From Dehalococcoidia bacterium (GTDB taxonomy: Bacteria; Chloroflexota; Dehalococcoidia; UBA2979): a stretch of DNA of 64,000 bases. The position numbers and the translations under genes were made by a program. Shown one piece after another: positions 18,757-28,541 of this stretch; positions within the stretch are counted from its first letter, which is position 1, and each line of letters starts with the position of its first letter. The DNA lies in contig JAWLHV010000004.1 in NCBI GenBank assembly GCA_041690175.1, positions 238,097 through 302,096 on the forward strand, given 5' to 3'. The notes under the pieces were generated by a model, which saw only the letters and a program-made list of their open reading frames with translations, made no database searches and was not told the DNA's origin.

Positions 18757-19926
18757 ATGGGCCAGGTCGAGCGCGGGGCGTGGACACTCACCGGCGCCCG
18801 CACATGGGATGGCACCTCCGACGCGCTGGCTGCGGGCGACCTCCACGTCGCAGCGGGCCTGCTGATGGACGACGTCACTCCCGGTGCGCAGCCCCTTGCC
18901 CTGGACGGCCTCACCGTCCTCCCGGGCCTCATCGAGGCGCACGCCCACCTCTGCTTCAACGGCGGCGCTGACTGGCGCGCCGTGTACGACGGCGACGCGC
19001 CGACCGCGATGGCGCTGCGCATGGCGGGCCACGCGCGGCGAATGCTGGACGCCGGCATCACCACCGTCCGTGACCTCGGTGCGCCGACGCCCCTTGCCAT
19101 CGAGGTGCGCGAGGCGGCGCGGGCTGGCCTCGTGGTCGCGCCGGACCTACTGGTGGCTGGCGCACCGATCACGATCACGGGTGGGCACTGCTGGTTCATG
19201 CACGGCGAGGCGGACGGGGTAGAGGGCGTGCGTGTCGCCGTGCGTCAGCGACATAAGGCGGGCGTCGACTGGATCAAGGTCATGGCCTCCGGCGGCAACA
19301 TGACGCCCGGCTCGGACCCCATGCGCGCGCAGTACAGCGTGGAGGAACTCCGGGCGGTGGTGGAGGAGGCGCACCGCCATGACCTCCGCGTCACCGCCCA
19401 CGCGCACGGCGTGGAGGGCATCCGCGTGGCCGTGAAGGCAGGCGTGGACGGCCTGGAGCACTGCTCCTTCCAGGCGCCGCAGGGGAGCGTGAAGGACGAC
19501 GCCGTGATCGAGGCGATCGCCCGGCAGGGCATCGTGGTCTCGCCCACCATCGTCGGCAGCCTCGCGGCCGCGGAGGGCACCCCGCGCTGGGCGCTGCGGG
19601 CGGAGTTGACGCGCGCGCTGTTCCAGGCAGGCTGCCGCGTGGTGATGTCCACCGACTGTGGCATCCCCGGCACGCCGCACGAGGGCCTGGCGACAAGCAT
19701 GGGGACGCTCCAGCGCCTCTCCGGCCTGAGCGCGCTGGAGGTGCTGCGCCTGGCCACCAGCACCAGCGCGGACCTGCTGGGGCTCGCCGACCGCGGCGTC
19801 CTGCAGGCGGGCAAGCGTGCCGACCTCGTAGCCGTCGAGGGCGACCCCACCCAGGACCTGGGGGCGCTCCAGCGGGTGCGGATGGTGATGCGGGCGGGCG
19901 AGGTGGTCTACCGGGACGGGGTGTAG
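18757..19926 (+). CDS. Amidohydrolase-family metalloenzyme
   Basis: PGLIEAHAHL, GITTVRDLG, IKVMASGG, AHAHG, LEHC, GKRADLV. Confidence 0.9.
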   Translation: MGQVERGAWTLTGARTWDGTSDALAAGDLHVAAGLLMDDVTPGAQPLALDGLTVLPGLIEAHAHLCFNGGADWRAVYDGDAPTAMALRMAGHARRMLDAGITTVRDLGAPTPLAIEVREAARAGLVVAPDLLVAGAPITITGGHCWFMHGEADGVEGVRVAVRQRHKAGVDWIKVMASGGNMTPGSDPMRAQYSVEELRAVVEEAHRHDLRVTAHAHGVEGIRVAVKAGVDGLEHCSFQAPQGSVKDDAVIEAIARQGIVVSPTIVGSLAAAEGTPRWALRAELTRALFQAGCRVVMSTDCGIPGTPHEGLATSMGTLQRLSGLSALEVLRLATSTSADLLGLADRGVLQAGKRADLVAVEGDPTQDLGALQRVRMVMRAGEVVYRDGV

Positions 19927-19940
19927 CGGCGGGGCGGATC

Positions 19941-20528
19941 CTAGCGGGCCGAGATCTCGCGGATGGAGCCCTCCAGCGCGTCCGAGGCGCGGCGGACGGT
20001 CGCGGCATCCGGGGAGACCAGTTGCTGCACGGCCAGGCCGTAGGCCAGCGCCAGTAGCGGCTCCGCGATGAGCGCCGGGTCCAGGTCCGACCGCAGTTCA
20101 CCGCGCTCGATGCCCACGGCCACCAGGTCTTCCACCTCGCGGCGCTGCGCCTCCATGCGGGTGCGCTGGCGCTCGCGGAGGTCCGCGTCGCGGGCGGCCT
20201 GGGCGGTGACCTCCACCCAGAAGCGCCACCAGGCGCGCCGGTCGTCGTCTTCCAGGATGAATCCGCGGAACAGGCCGTGGAGGCGGGCGAGCCCGCCGCC
20301 GCCTTCGCCCTCGACCGGCGCGGAGGGAGCGGCATCCAGCGCGGCCAGGATCAGCCCGCGCTTGTTGGCGAAGTGGTAGTTGATGGTGCCGGTGCTCATG
20401 CCCGCGGCCTGGGCCACCTGGCGCATGGTCATGCCGTCCACGCCGTGCTCGCCAATCAGGCGGGCCACGGCGCGCAGGACCTCCGCGCGTGTCTCCACCG
20501 CGTCCGGCAGCGGGTCAGGGGGCGTCAC
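19941..20528 (-). CDS. TetR-family regulator (BetI-like C-terminus)
   Basis: MTMRQVAQAAGMSTGTINYHFANK HTH. Confidence 0.9.
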   Translation of the reverse strand: MTPPDPLPDAVETRAEVLRAVARLIGEHGVDGMTMRQVAQAAGMSTGTINYHFANKRGLILAALDAAPSAPVEGEGGGGLARLHGLFRGFILEDDDRRAWWRFWVEVTAQAARDADLRERQRTRMEAQRREVEDLVAVGIERGELRSDLDPALIAEPLLALAYGLAVQQLVSPDAATVRRASDALEGSIREISAR

Positions 20529-20719
20529 CAGAATCCGACCTTGTAGAACAGTCCCTTGTGCTCGAAGCCCTTGGGCCCGGCCTTCTTCACCCGCTGGAGG
20601 TGCTTCGCGCAGAACTGGAGCGTCAGGCGCTCGCGGTCGTCCGGGTCATGCACCCACCGCGAGACGGCCACCTCCTGGAGGGGGCGCGCCGTGCAGAACT
20701 CGCAGCGCTCGATGGCCAT
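20525..20719 (-). CDS. 64-aa putative zinc-binding protein
   Basis: MAIERCEFC...FCAKH; GC3-rich codons; stop overlaps TetR start (GTGA); TACGAT 6 nt upstream. Confidence 0.7.
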   Translation of the reverse strand: MAIERCEFCTARPLQEVAVSRWVHDPDDRERLTLQFCAKHLQRVKKAGPKGFEHKGLFYKVGFW

Positions 20720-20786
20720 GGCCGCATCGTAGCGCGTGGCGGCGGTAGGCTCTCCGCTCAGCGCGTCCGCATGGTCCGAGGCCCCC

Positions 20787-21545
20787 ATGCTCACTGACCC
20801 CTGGTTCTTCGTCGCCGCCGTGCCGGCCTTGCTGATCATCGGGATTAGCAAGGGGGGCTTTGGCGGAGGGCTGGGCGTGGTGGGCGTGCCGATGATGGCG
20901 CTGGTGATCTCACCCACGCAGGCCGCGGCGATCCTCCTGCCGGTGCTCTGCCTCATGGACCTGGTGGGCCTGTACTCGTATCGCGGCGACTGGGACCGCT
21001 CGCTGATGCGCGTGCTCGCACCCGGCGCGGTGGCCGGCATCGTGCTGGGTGCGTTCACCTTCGCGATCACCAGCGAGGACGCGGTGCGACTGATCGTGGG
21101 CGGCATCGCGGTGGGTTTCACGGTCTGGCAGTGGGGCGTGCGCCGGCTGGTGGAGGAGCGCCGGGCGCAGCCGAGCGTGATCGCAGGGTCGTTCTGGGCG
21201 GGCGTGTCCGGGTACACCTCGTTCATCGCGCACGCGGGCGGGCCGCCGGTGTCCGTGTACCTGCTGCCGCTGCGGCTCAACAAGACGACGTTCGTGGGCA
21301 CCACGGTGGTCTACTTCACCGTGGTGAACTACGCGAAGTTGATCCCGTACGGGCTCCTGGGCCAGTTCGATGCCACGAACCTGGCGACCTCCGCCGTGCT
21401 CCTGCCGCTGGCGCCGCTGGGCGTGTGGCTGGGGGTGGTGCTGCACCGCCGCATGCAGGAGGGCGCGCTGTACGCAGTGGTCTATGCGGCGCTGTTGGTC
21501 ACGGGGCTGAAGTTGCTCTGGGACGGCTCGGCGCTCTTCCGCTGA
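20787..21545 (+). CDS. TauE/SafE (TSUP) family membrane transporter
   Basis: GISKGGFGGG, SFIAHAGGPP, multiple TM helices. Confidence 0.9.
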   Translation: MLTDPWFFVAAVPALLIIGISKGGFGGGLGVVGVPMMALVISPTQAAAILLPVLCLMDLVGLYSYRGDWDRSLMRVLAPGAVAGIVLGAFTFAITSEDAVRLIVGGIAVGFTVWQWGVRRLVEERRAQPSVIAGSFWAGVSGYTSFIAHAGGPPVSVYLLPLRLNKTTFVGTTVVYFTVVNYAKLIPYGLLGQFDATNLATSAVLLPLAPLGVWLGVVLHRRMQEGALYAVVYAALLVTGLKLLWDGSALFR

Positions 21546-21633
21546 GGGCGGCACGGCATGGCGGGGGGAGACGCAGCAGCCGCCCCTTGGGGCGGCTGTG
21601 TGGGCGCTCAGGCGCCGTGCTGGTGGTGGACGG

Positions 21634-21807
21634 TCAGGCGGTCTGCTTCTTCATCCCAGAGCGCAGGACCCAGCCGCTGCCAGCCACGTTGGAGAATTCC
21701 TTCTCCGCGCCACAGTGCTTGCAGGTGCCGCGGGTGGTCTGGCCACCTGGTGCCGGGAGCACCCAGTGGTGAGCGTCACACGAAACAGTCCTCGACTTTG
21801 AAGCCAT
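21634..21807 (-). CDS. 57-aa putative zinc-ribbon protein (absent from ORF track)
   Basis: Hand translation MASKSRTVSCDAHHWVLPAPGGQTTRGTCKHCGAEKEFSNVAGSGWVLRSGMKKQTA; G-rich RBS. Confidence 0.75.
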   Translation of the reverse strand: MASKSRTVSCDAHHWVLPAPGGQTTRGTCKHCGAEKEFSNVAGSGWVLRSGMKKQTA

Positions 21808-21927
21808 ATCCCCCCCGCGCTCTAGAGTGATGACCGCGCCGCAACTGTGTCCCCGAAGGGCTGTCCCCGCAACGGCGCGGCCTCACGATAACAGATTCCC
21901 GGGCGGGATGTAACGGAAACGTGAGGG

Positions 21928-23175
21928 TTAGATTGAAGTTGTCCCGGCTGAGGGCTTGATCCGCCCGCCCGCGGCCGATTTCAGCGCGTGCTTGAGCACC
22001 GGCGCCAGGTCACCGCGGGGCTCCACCATCACCTGCTCCAACCCGAGCCACTCAGCCATCGTCACGAGTTCCGCGGCGAGCGCATCCGCCACCTCCGCCG
22101 GGTCTCGTCCCGCCTCCACGTGCGCGGCGCGCACCAGCAGGCGGCCGCCCTGGCGGTCCGCCTTGAGGTCCACGCGGCCCACCAGCGCATCGCCCAGCAG
22201 GAGGGGGAGGACGTAGTAGCCGAACTGGCGCTTCGGCTCCGGCACGTAGATCTCGATGCGGTAGTGGAAGTCGAACAGGCGCTCGGTCCGGCTCCGCTCC
22301 CAGACCACCGGGTCGAACGGCGAGAGCAGCGCCCGCGCCTCCACGCGGCGAGGGATGCGCGCCTCCGGGTGGAGGTACGCCGGCTCGCGCCAGCCCTCCA
22401 CCGTGACCTGCTGGAGGGCGCCCGCGTCCACGAGTTCCGCGATGCGCTTCTTCGCGGTGGGCACGTTCACGCGGTAGTAGTCAGCCAGGTCACGGGCCGT
22501 GCCAATGCCATGGTGGCGGGCCGCCAGCAGCAGCAGTTCGCGATGCGCCTCCTCCTCGTCCGGGTAGGGGGCGGCGAGCACTTGAGGCGGGAACACCCGC
22601 TCCGGCAGGTCGTACAGGCGGGCGAAGTTGCGCCGGCGGCCCACGGCGAGGCGGCCGCGGGCGTAGAGCGCCTCCAGCGCGACCTTCGCCTCGCTCCAGT
22701 TCCACCAGCCGATCTGCGAGCCGCTGTCGTTGACCTCGCCCACCTGCAGGGCGCCCTCAGCGCGCACGCGCTCCAGGATCTCGTCCACGAACTCGCGCTT
22801 GCTGCGGAAGAAGTCGTGATGCCAGGCCCAGTGCTTGCTCCGTCCGTTCTCCATGCGATGCCGCATGAGCGGGAGACGCTCCACGGGCAGCAGCGAGGCC
22901 TCGTGCGCCCAGTATTCGAACATGCGGCCGCTGCCCCACGTGTAGCGGTCCAGCGCGGCGCGGTCGTACGGGCCCAGGCGGGAGTAGAAGGGCATGTAGT
23001 GGGCGCGCACCAGCACGTTCACGGAGTCGATCTGGGCCAGGCCGGTACGGTCCAGGACGCGCTGGAAGTGTCGAGCGGTGACCCGTCCGCCTGGCCGAGC
23101 GTCAGTGAACCCCTGCGCTCCCAGGGCGATGCGGCGGGCCTGCGCGACGGAGAGGTCAGCGGCCTTCGGGCTCAC
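21928..23175 (-). CDS. YcaQ/AlkZ (HTH_42) family crosslink-repair DNA glycosylase
   Basis: QxD motif AQIDSVN, FEYWAHEAS, LLSPFDPVVWER, YRIEIYVP..KRQFGYYVLP. Confidence 0.88.
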   Translation of the reverse strand: MSPKAADLSVAQARRIALGAQGFTDARPGGRVTARHFQRVLDRTGLAQIDSVNVLVRAHYMPFYSRLGPYDRAALDRYTWGSGRMFEYWAHEASLLPVERLPLMRHRMENGRSKHWAWHHDFFRSKREFVDEILERVRAEGALQVGEVNDSGSQIGWWNWSEAKVALEALYARGRLAVGRRRNFARLYDLPERVFPPQVLAAPYPDEEEAHRELLLLAARHHGIGTARDLADYYRVNVPTAKKRIAELVDAGALQQVTVEGWREPAYLHPEARIPRRVEARALLSPFDPVVWERSRTERLFDFHYRIEIYVPEPKRQFGYYVLPLLLGDALVGRVDLKADRQGGRLLVRAAHVEAGRDPAEVADALAAELVTMAEWLGLEQVMVEPRGDLAPVLKHALKSAAGGRIKPSAGTTSI

Positions 23176-24011
23176 GCCGGCTCCCACGAAACGACGCCGA
23201 TCCACGGACGCATGGAGGGCAGGGCCACCCCCTCCGCTGTCCCGTACCAGTCATCCACCAGCGCCCGCATGCGGTGGTCCTTCTCGGACCCCTCAGACAG
23301 CCACAGCAGCCGTCGCGCGGCGGCGTACGCCTCCTCCGCGGGGCGCGGGCGCTCCGTGCGCTCGCCGCTGCCGGCGGTGCGGACCTCTGTTCGGCGGCCG
23401 CGCGCGCCCAGCAGCGCAACAAACTCGCGCAGCGAGGGCAGCGTGGCCATGGGCTCGCCGTGGACGGCCTTGAAGAGGCGCGCCAACTGCGCGCCGCGCG
23501 CGCGGCACCCAAAGATCGCGATGCAGGTGCGGCGGGTGTGCGCCTCCATGGCGTCCAGGAACGGCGCGATCTCAGCGATGTCGTACATCGAGTGCGCCGC
23601 CAGGCTGACGTCCACCGTCTCGGTCCAGCCCTCCGCGGGCCAGTACGCGTCCACCACCTCGATGTTGGTCGCGCCCGCCTCCCGCGCGGAGGCGGCGAGC
23701 GTCACGCGCATGGACTCCGAGGGCTCCACGGCGATCACGCGCCGGACGGTCGCGGCCAGCGGCACGGCGAACCGCCCGCCCCCGGCGCCGATGTCGAGCC
23801 AGGTGTCGTCCGGCTGGGCGAAGGCCCGGACGATGGGCCACTCCACCGAGTCGCGGCGGGCGGGTGAGAACGAGGCGGCGACGGGCGCGTAGAAGTCCTC
23901 GCCCTCGCGGCGCTCGCGGATGCGCTCCACCTGCTCGCGGTCGGCGTCAGTCAGGCGTCGCCACTCGGCGAGGGCGGCTTCTTCGTCGGGGCGGAGGGCG
24001 CTCTGGTCCAC
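23172..24011 (-). CDS. Class I SAM-dependent methyltransferase
   Basis: WLDIGAGGGRF, VIAVEPSESM. Confidence 0.88.
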   Translation of the reverse strand: MDQSALRPDEEAALAEWRRLTDADREQVERIRERREGEDFYAPVAASFSPARRDSVEWPIVRAFAQPDDTWLDIGAGGGRFAVPLAATVRRVIAVEPSESMRVTLAASAREAGATNIEVVDAYWPAEGWTETVDVSLAAHSMYDIAEIAPFLDAMEAHTRRTCIAIFGCRARGAQLARLFKAVHGEPMATLPSLREFVALLGARGRRTEVRTAGSGERTERPRPAEEAYAAARRLLWLSEGSEKDHRMRALVDDWYGTAEGVALPSMRPWIGVVSWEPA

Positions 24012-24040
24012 GGCGGGATGATAGCCGCCGGTCAAGGCGT

Positions 24041-24802
24041 TCAGAGGGGGAGCGTGGCACCCACCTCGCGGAGGGCGGACCGCCGGGCGCGGTAGTCCGG
24101 CATCAGGCGCTCCACCTCTGCCCAGAACGAGGGGCGGTGGTGCGGGCGGACCAGGTGCGCCAGTTCATGCACCACCACGTAGTCCAGCAGCCGCGGTTCC
24201 AGCATCACCAGTCGCCAGTTGAAGCGCAGCGTGCGGTCCGGCGAGCACGACCCCCAGCGCCGCCGCTGGTCCCGCACCAGCACGCGCGATGGGCCGTAGC
24301 CGGCCAGCGCCTGCCACTGCTGCACGCGGTCTCGGATCACGTCCACGGCATGCTCGCGGTACCAGGCGCGCAGGGCGTCTTGCATCTCCACGGGACGGTC
24401 CGCCTCCGCCATGCGTGCGGGCACCGCTAGCCGCAGGCCCAGCAGGTTCATGGACACCTGTACGTCTCGGCCCGGGTGCGGCACCACCTCCAGCGGCAGG
24501 CGGCGCCCCAGGTAGGGCAGCGAGTCGGCGTCATGGAAGGTGGGTGTGACGCCGGGCAGGCGGCGGGTGCGGTGCTTCTGGATCCAGGGGATGCGCGAGC
24601 GGACGAACTCCGCGATCTCCGCGGTGGGGGTCCGCAGCGGTGCGGCCACGCGAACGCCGTCCGCCTCCAGCGTCAGTTCGATGGTCCGGCGGCGACGGGC
24701 GGAACGCACTACACGGAACGCCACGACGATGCCGTCGCGCTCCACCATGCCGTGCTCGGTCCGCTCCAGTGCGCGGTGTGCTGGCCGCATGCGGGCCTCC
24801 AC
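24041..24802 (-). CDS. YgjP/DUF45 (SprT/M48-like) zinc metallohydrolase
   Basis: RSARRRTI, RWGSCS, DYVVVHELAHL, HRPSFW; CAGGAG RBS before GTG at 24802. Confidence 0.88.
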   Translation of the reverse strand: MEARMRPAHRALERTEHGMVERDGIVVAFRVVRSARRRRTIELTLEADGVRVAAPLRTPTAEIAEFVRSRIPWIQKHRTRRLPGVTPTFHDADSLPYLGRRLPLEVVPHPGRDVQVSMNLLGLRLAVPARMAEADRPVEMQDALRAWYREHAVDVIRDRVQQWQALAGYGPSRVLVRDQRRRWGSCSPDRTLRFNWRLVMLEPRLLDYVVVHELAHLVRPHHRPSFWAEVERLMPDYRARRSALREVGATLPL

Positions 24803-24906
24803 AGTCCGGCTCCTGACCCCGCCGATAGAGTAGCCCACGACGATTCACACAGCTGTGCGGGGCCTGGCACGGCGCGCGGTCCGTGGCGCCTCGGGAGTTC
24901 CCAGGG

Positions 24907-25698
24907 CTAGGGCGTGCGGCGGTTGGCGACGGCGCAGAGAGTGGCGCGGCCGACCGCGCCCTGCAGGTCGTACAGCACGCACTCGCCGATGGCGACGCCC
25001 TCCGCAGAGTGGTGCGCCGCCGTCTCGATGCCCGTCCACTCGCTGGTGGAGTCCCGGTACAGGTAAACGGTGACGTCCGCGTTCACGAAGTTCAGCCCTC
25101 GCGAGCCGCCGTTCGCGAAGGGGTTGGTGAAGTCAGCAGTCTGAGCCAGCCGCACCAGCGAGGAGGGCTCGATCCCGGCCACCAGTTCGTGCGTCTCCCG
25201 GATCCAGGCGCGCTTCTGGGCCACGGCGTTGAAGTCGCCCTCGATGCGGCGGGTCTCCCACATCGGCGTGGGGCGGTCCCGGAGCGCGGGGTGGGGGGCC
25301 TCGTCTGCCAGCGTGTCCGGGTGGGGGACGGACCAGTCCGTCGGCGACCAGATCTCGCCCTCCGGCTGCACGGCGCGGCGCAGGAAGACCACGTTCCCGC
25401 GCGCGATCTCCGTGCCGTCTTCCGCCACCATGGACGCGTCCACCACGCGGATGCGGTTGCCGTTCCGCACCACGCGAGTGGGGACGCGCATCGGCTTCAT
25501 CGGCGCCACGCGGAACATGTCCACGGTCAGCCGCACCGCCTGGAACGCCGGGTCTCCGTGCGCCACCTCGATCTGGTGGGCGATGAGCCCGGCGATCACG
25601 CGGCCGTGCATGGACTGCGGGTCCCACGGCCCGCGCGTGCGCGGGGTGGGGTGGAAGAGGTCGCCGTCCTGCTCGAAGAAGAAGTCGCCTTCAGCCAT
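24907..25698 (-). CDS. Acyl-CoA thioesterase-like (double hot-dog) protein
   Basis: RGPWDPQSMHG, RLTVDMFR, FVNADVTVYLYR. Confidence 0.85.
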   Translation of the reverse strand: MAEGDFFFEQDGDLFHPTPRTRGPWDPQSMHGRVIAGLIAHQIEVAHGDPAFQAVRLTVDMFRVAPMKPMRVPTRVVRNGNRIRVVDASMVAEDGTEIARGNVVFLRRAVQPEGEIWSPTDWSVPHPDTLADEAPHPALRDRPTPMWETRRIEGDFNAVAQKRAWIRETHELVAGIEPSSLVRLAQTADFTNPFANGGSRGLNFVNADVTVYLYRDSTSEWTGIETAAHHSAEGVAIGECVLYDLQGAVGRATLCAVANRRTP

Positions 25699-25828
25699 GG
25701 CGAGGATGCTACGGGCGACCGTGACCACGGGGAAGCACAGCGCGTACCTCTGTCGCCACGTCGAGGGCGTTCTGGAGCAGGGTTTCCCCGCCCTCCAGCG
25801 CGCTTGCCCCGGGGCCGATGATCCACTC

Positions 25829-26227
25829 ATGCCGCACATCGAGGAGTCGCCCCCGCATGAGGTGCATCCCGCCGTCCGCGGCTGGTGGCCGCAGCCCTCC
25901 ACCGGCGTACTCGCGATCGTCGGTGCATCGCTGTGGACCAGCGGATTCTTCCTGCTGGCCGCCGCCGGCGGCGGCTACGGGCCGGACGTGCTGGCGCTGA
26001 TCTTTGCCGGTGCGGCGCTCCTGGCCGTCCCCGTGCTGCTGCTCGCCAGCCTGGTCGCGGCCTCCGAGGGCGTGGTGGGGCGGGCGTGGGCGTCCGGGTT
26101 CGGCTCCCTCACGCGTCAGCAGCGCCGTCCCCGGGGCGTGGCCGTGCGCGGAGTGCGCTACGCGGGCTTCCTGTGGCTCGCCAACGGCGGCGCGCTCTGG
26201 TTCGCGACGCTGGCCAGCAGATTCTGA
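25829..26227 (+). CDS. Hypothetical membrane protein
   Basis: Three hydrophobic segments; fills the gap between two genes. Confidence 0.5.
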   Translation: MPHIEESPPHEVHPAVRGWWPQPSTGVLAIVGASLWTSGFFLLAAAGGGYGPDVLALIFAGAALLAVPVLLLASLVAASEGVVGRAWASGFGSLTRQQRRPRGVAVRGVRYAGFLWLANGGALWFATLASRF

Positions 26228-26383
26228 CGGTGGCCGCGCAGATTCTCTGAACCATCCCGAAATCTGTTGATTCCTGCTCTCGCTCGTGAGCAGATTCGTG
26301 AGGACTATGTTGCCGCCGCCATGCGGCGAAACGAGTCCGGGCGCGACCCATGCGCGCACCCACATCAGCAGCGGGAGAACCTC

Positions 26384-27412
26384 TTGAAGCAATTCCGACC
26401 GTTCGGTGCCCTCGCCGCGCTGGCCCTCGCTGGCGCACTGACCGCGGGCGTCGCCTGCTCTGACGACAGCGACACCCCGACGCCCACTGCCACCGCTACC
26501 GCCACGTCGACCGCCACGCAGGCGGCTACGGCCAGCGCCGAGGCGACCGCGACCACGGCCGTTGCCGAGGAGGCGTACCCGCGCGAGGTCACGGACATGC
26601 TCGGGCGCTCCGTGACGGTGGAGGCGCAGCCGGAGGTGATCGTCGCGCTCAGCCCAACCGCCGCGGAAGTGGTCGCCGCCCTGGGCTTCCAGGTCGCCGG
26701 GCGCACCTCCAGCACGAACTACCCGCCGGAGGTCGCGGCCGCGGCGGACATCGGCTCGGCGTACCAGCCGAGCGTGGAAGCCGTCCTGGCGTTGCAGCCG
26801 GACCTGTTGGTCGCGGACTCCTGGATCCACGCGAACCCCCAGGCCCGTGGTCTGATCGAGGGCATCGGCATCCCGGTGATCTTCGTGGGCGCTGAGACGG
26901 TGGCGGACGTGGCCACCGCCTACGAGGTGGCCGGACAGGCGCTCAACGCGGAGGCGGAGGCGGCCACGCTGATCGCGGAGGTGGACGCGGCGCTGGCGGC
27001 GGCGAAGGACGCCATGCCGGAGGGCCTGACCGCCGTGGCGATGATCGCGGACCAGGACCGCACGCTCTACGCCGCGAAGGCGGACTCCTGGGTTGGCGAC
27101 CTGCTCACGGAACTCGGTGTGGAGAACCCCGCCGCCACGCAGCAGGACGCTGCCCCGTTCCCGGGCTACACCGCCGTGCCGGCGGAGCGCCTGATCCAGT
27201 GGGACCCGGACTTTATCCTGACCATCACCCCGGCGCCGGAGCCGGCCCCGCGGCTGTCTGCGATGATCCCGATGATTCCGCCCTTTGCTGGCCTGTCCGC
27301 CGTCACGGGGGACGGGGTGAAGGAACTCGACGTCCAGATCTTCCTGCAGTCACCGGGCCCGCGAGTGATCGAGGCCCTGGACACGCTGGTGTCTATCTTC
27401 AGCGGGGAGTAA
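26384..27412 (+). CDS. Helical-backbone ABC substrate-binding lipoprotein (BtuF/FepB/heme type)
   Basis: Lipobox GVAC, Thr/Ala-rich linker, [35 protein letters not shown]; TTG start after GGGAG. Confidence 0.88.
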   Translation: MKQFRPFGALAALALAGALTAGVACSDDSDTPTPTATATATSTATQAATASAEATATTAVAEEAYPREVTDMLGRSVTVEAQPEVIVALSPTAAEVVAALGFQVAGRTSSTNYPPEVAAAADIGSAYQPSVEAVLALQPDLLVADSWIHANPQARGLIEGIGIPVIFVGAETVADVATAYEVAGQALNAEAEAATLIAEVDAALAAAKDAMPEGLTAVAMIADQDRTLYAAKADSWVGDLLTELGVENPAATQQDAAPFPGYTAVPAERLIQWDPDFILTITPAPEPAPRLSAMIPMIPPFAGLSAVTGDGVKELDVQIFLQSPGPRVIEALDTLVSIFSGE

Positions 27413-27472
27413 TCACCGGAAGCAGCCGATTGCGAGGAGCCGCGTACCCGTCATGGGGCCGGCCCGACACGA

Positions 27473-28522
27473 ATGACCGAGAGCGCGACCACGAGCGCCA
27501 CCATGACCGGGGCCGGCGAGAGCCGGCCCCGGTCATGGCGTGCGCGTCGCCTGCGGCGCTTCCTCGCCTGGTCCGCCGCGGCGGCGGGGCTGCTACTGGT
27601 GGTGGGGCTGCTTAGCCTGACGCTGGGCGCGATCACCATTGGCCCCGTGGACGCTCTCGGTGGCCTGCTCCCGTCCGACTCCTTCGCGCGCACGGTGGTC
27701 TGGCAGATCCGCCTGCCCCGCTTCCTGGACGGGATCATGGTGGGCGCCTCGCTGGCGGTGGCGGGTGCGCTCCTGCAGGTCGTGACGCGGAACCCGCTCG
27801 CCGACCCCACGATCCTGGGTGTCTCGCCCGCGGCCGGCCTGGCGGTGGCGGTGGGGCTGGTGGCCGTGCCGACCATCGGGCAGCAATCGCTGACGATGGT
27901 CGCGATCCTCGGTGGCCTGGTGGGGGCGGGTGTGCTGCTGGCCCTCGCGTGGCAGGGGGCGGTGACGGCCATCCGACTGACGCTGGCGGGCGTTGCGATC
28001 TCCGCGTTCTTCGGCGCCGTGATCGTCGGCCTGCTCTCCTCCTCTCGCACGTTCCTGCAGTTGAGCCTGGGGTTCCTGGCGGGCGGGCTGTACGGCTCGG
28101 ACTGGCGGGACGCGCAGGCGATCGCCCCGGTGGTCCTGCCCGCGCTGCTGGTGGCGTTCGCGCTGGGGTCGAGGTTGAACGCGCTGGCGCTGGGCGACGA
28201 GATGGCGGCAGGCCTGGGTGTGCTCACGGACCGCACCAGGGTGTTCGTCCTCGGGATCGTGGGCCTGCTCGCCGGCGCGGCGGTGGCGGTGGCGGGACTC
28301 GTGTCCTTCGTGGGCCTGGTCAGCCCGCACGTCGCCCGCTCCTTCGTGGGGGACGACCACCGCTTCCTGGTGCCGGCCTCCGCCCTCACCGGGGCGATCC
28401 TGGTGACCTCCGCGGACCTGATTGCGCGCCTGGTGATCCGCCCGGCGGAGATCCCCATGGGCATCCTCACGGCCGCGGTGGGAGCGCCCTTCCTGCTGTA
28501 CCTGGTGCGGTTCCGCCGGTGA
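27473..28522 (+). CDS. FecCD/BtuC-family ABC permease
   Basis: IRLPR, RNPLADPTILGVS, FVGLVSPH, EIPMGILTA. Confidence 0.93.
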   Translation: MTESATTSATMTGAGESRPRSWRARRLRRFLAWSAAAAGLLLVVGLLSLTLGAITIGPVDALGGLLPSDSFARTVVWQIRLPRFLDGIMVGASLAVAGALLQVVTRNPLADPTILGVSPAAGLAVAVGLVAVPTIGQQSLTMVAILGGLVGAGVLLALAWQGAVTAIRLTLAGVAISAFFGAVIVGLLSSSRTFLQLSLGFLAGGLYGSDWRDAQAIAPVVLPALLVAFALGSRLNALALGDEMAAGLGVLTDRTRVFVLGIVGLLAGAAVAVAGLVSFVGLVSPHVARSFVGDDHRFLVPASALTGAILVTSADLIARLVIRPAEIPMGILTAAVGAPFLLYLVRFRR

Positions 28523-28541
28523 GCCCCCGAGTGAGCGTCCG

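Noticed and set aside
27413-27445. CCGGAAGCAGCC resembling the SRP RNA core
   Set aside because: The CAGG...GGAA...AGCAG helix arrangement is incomplete and the gap is too short
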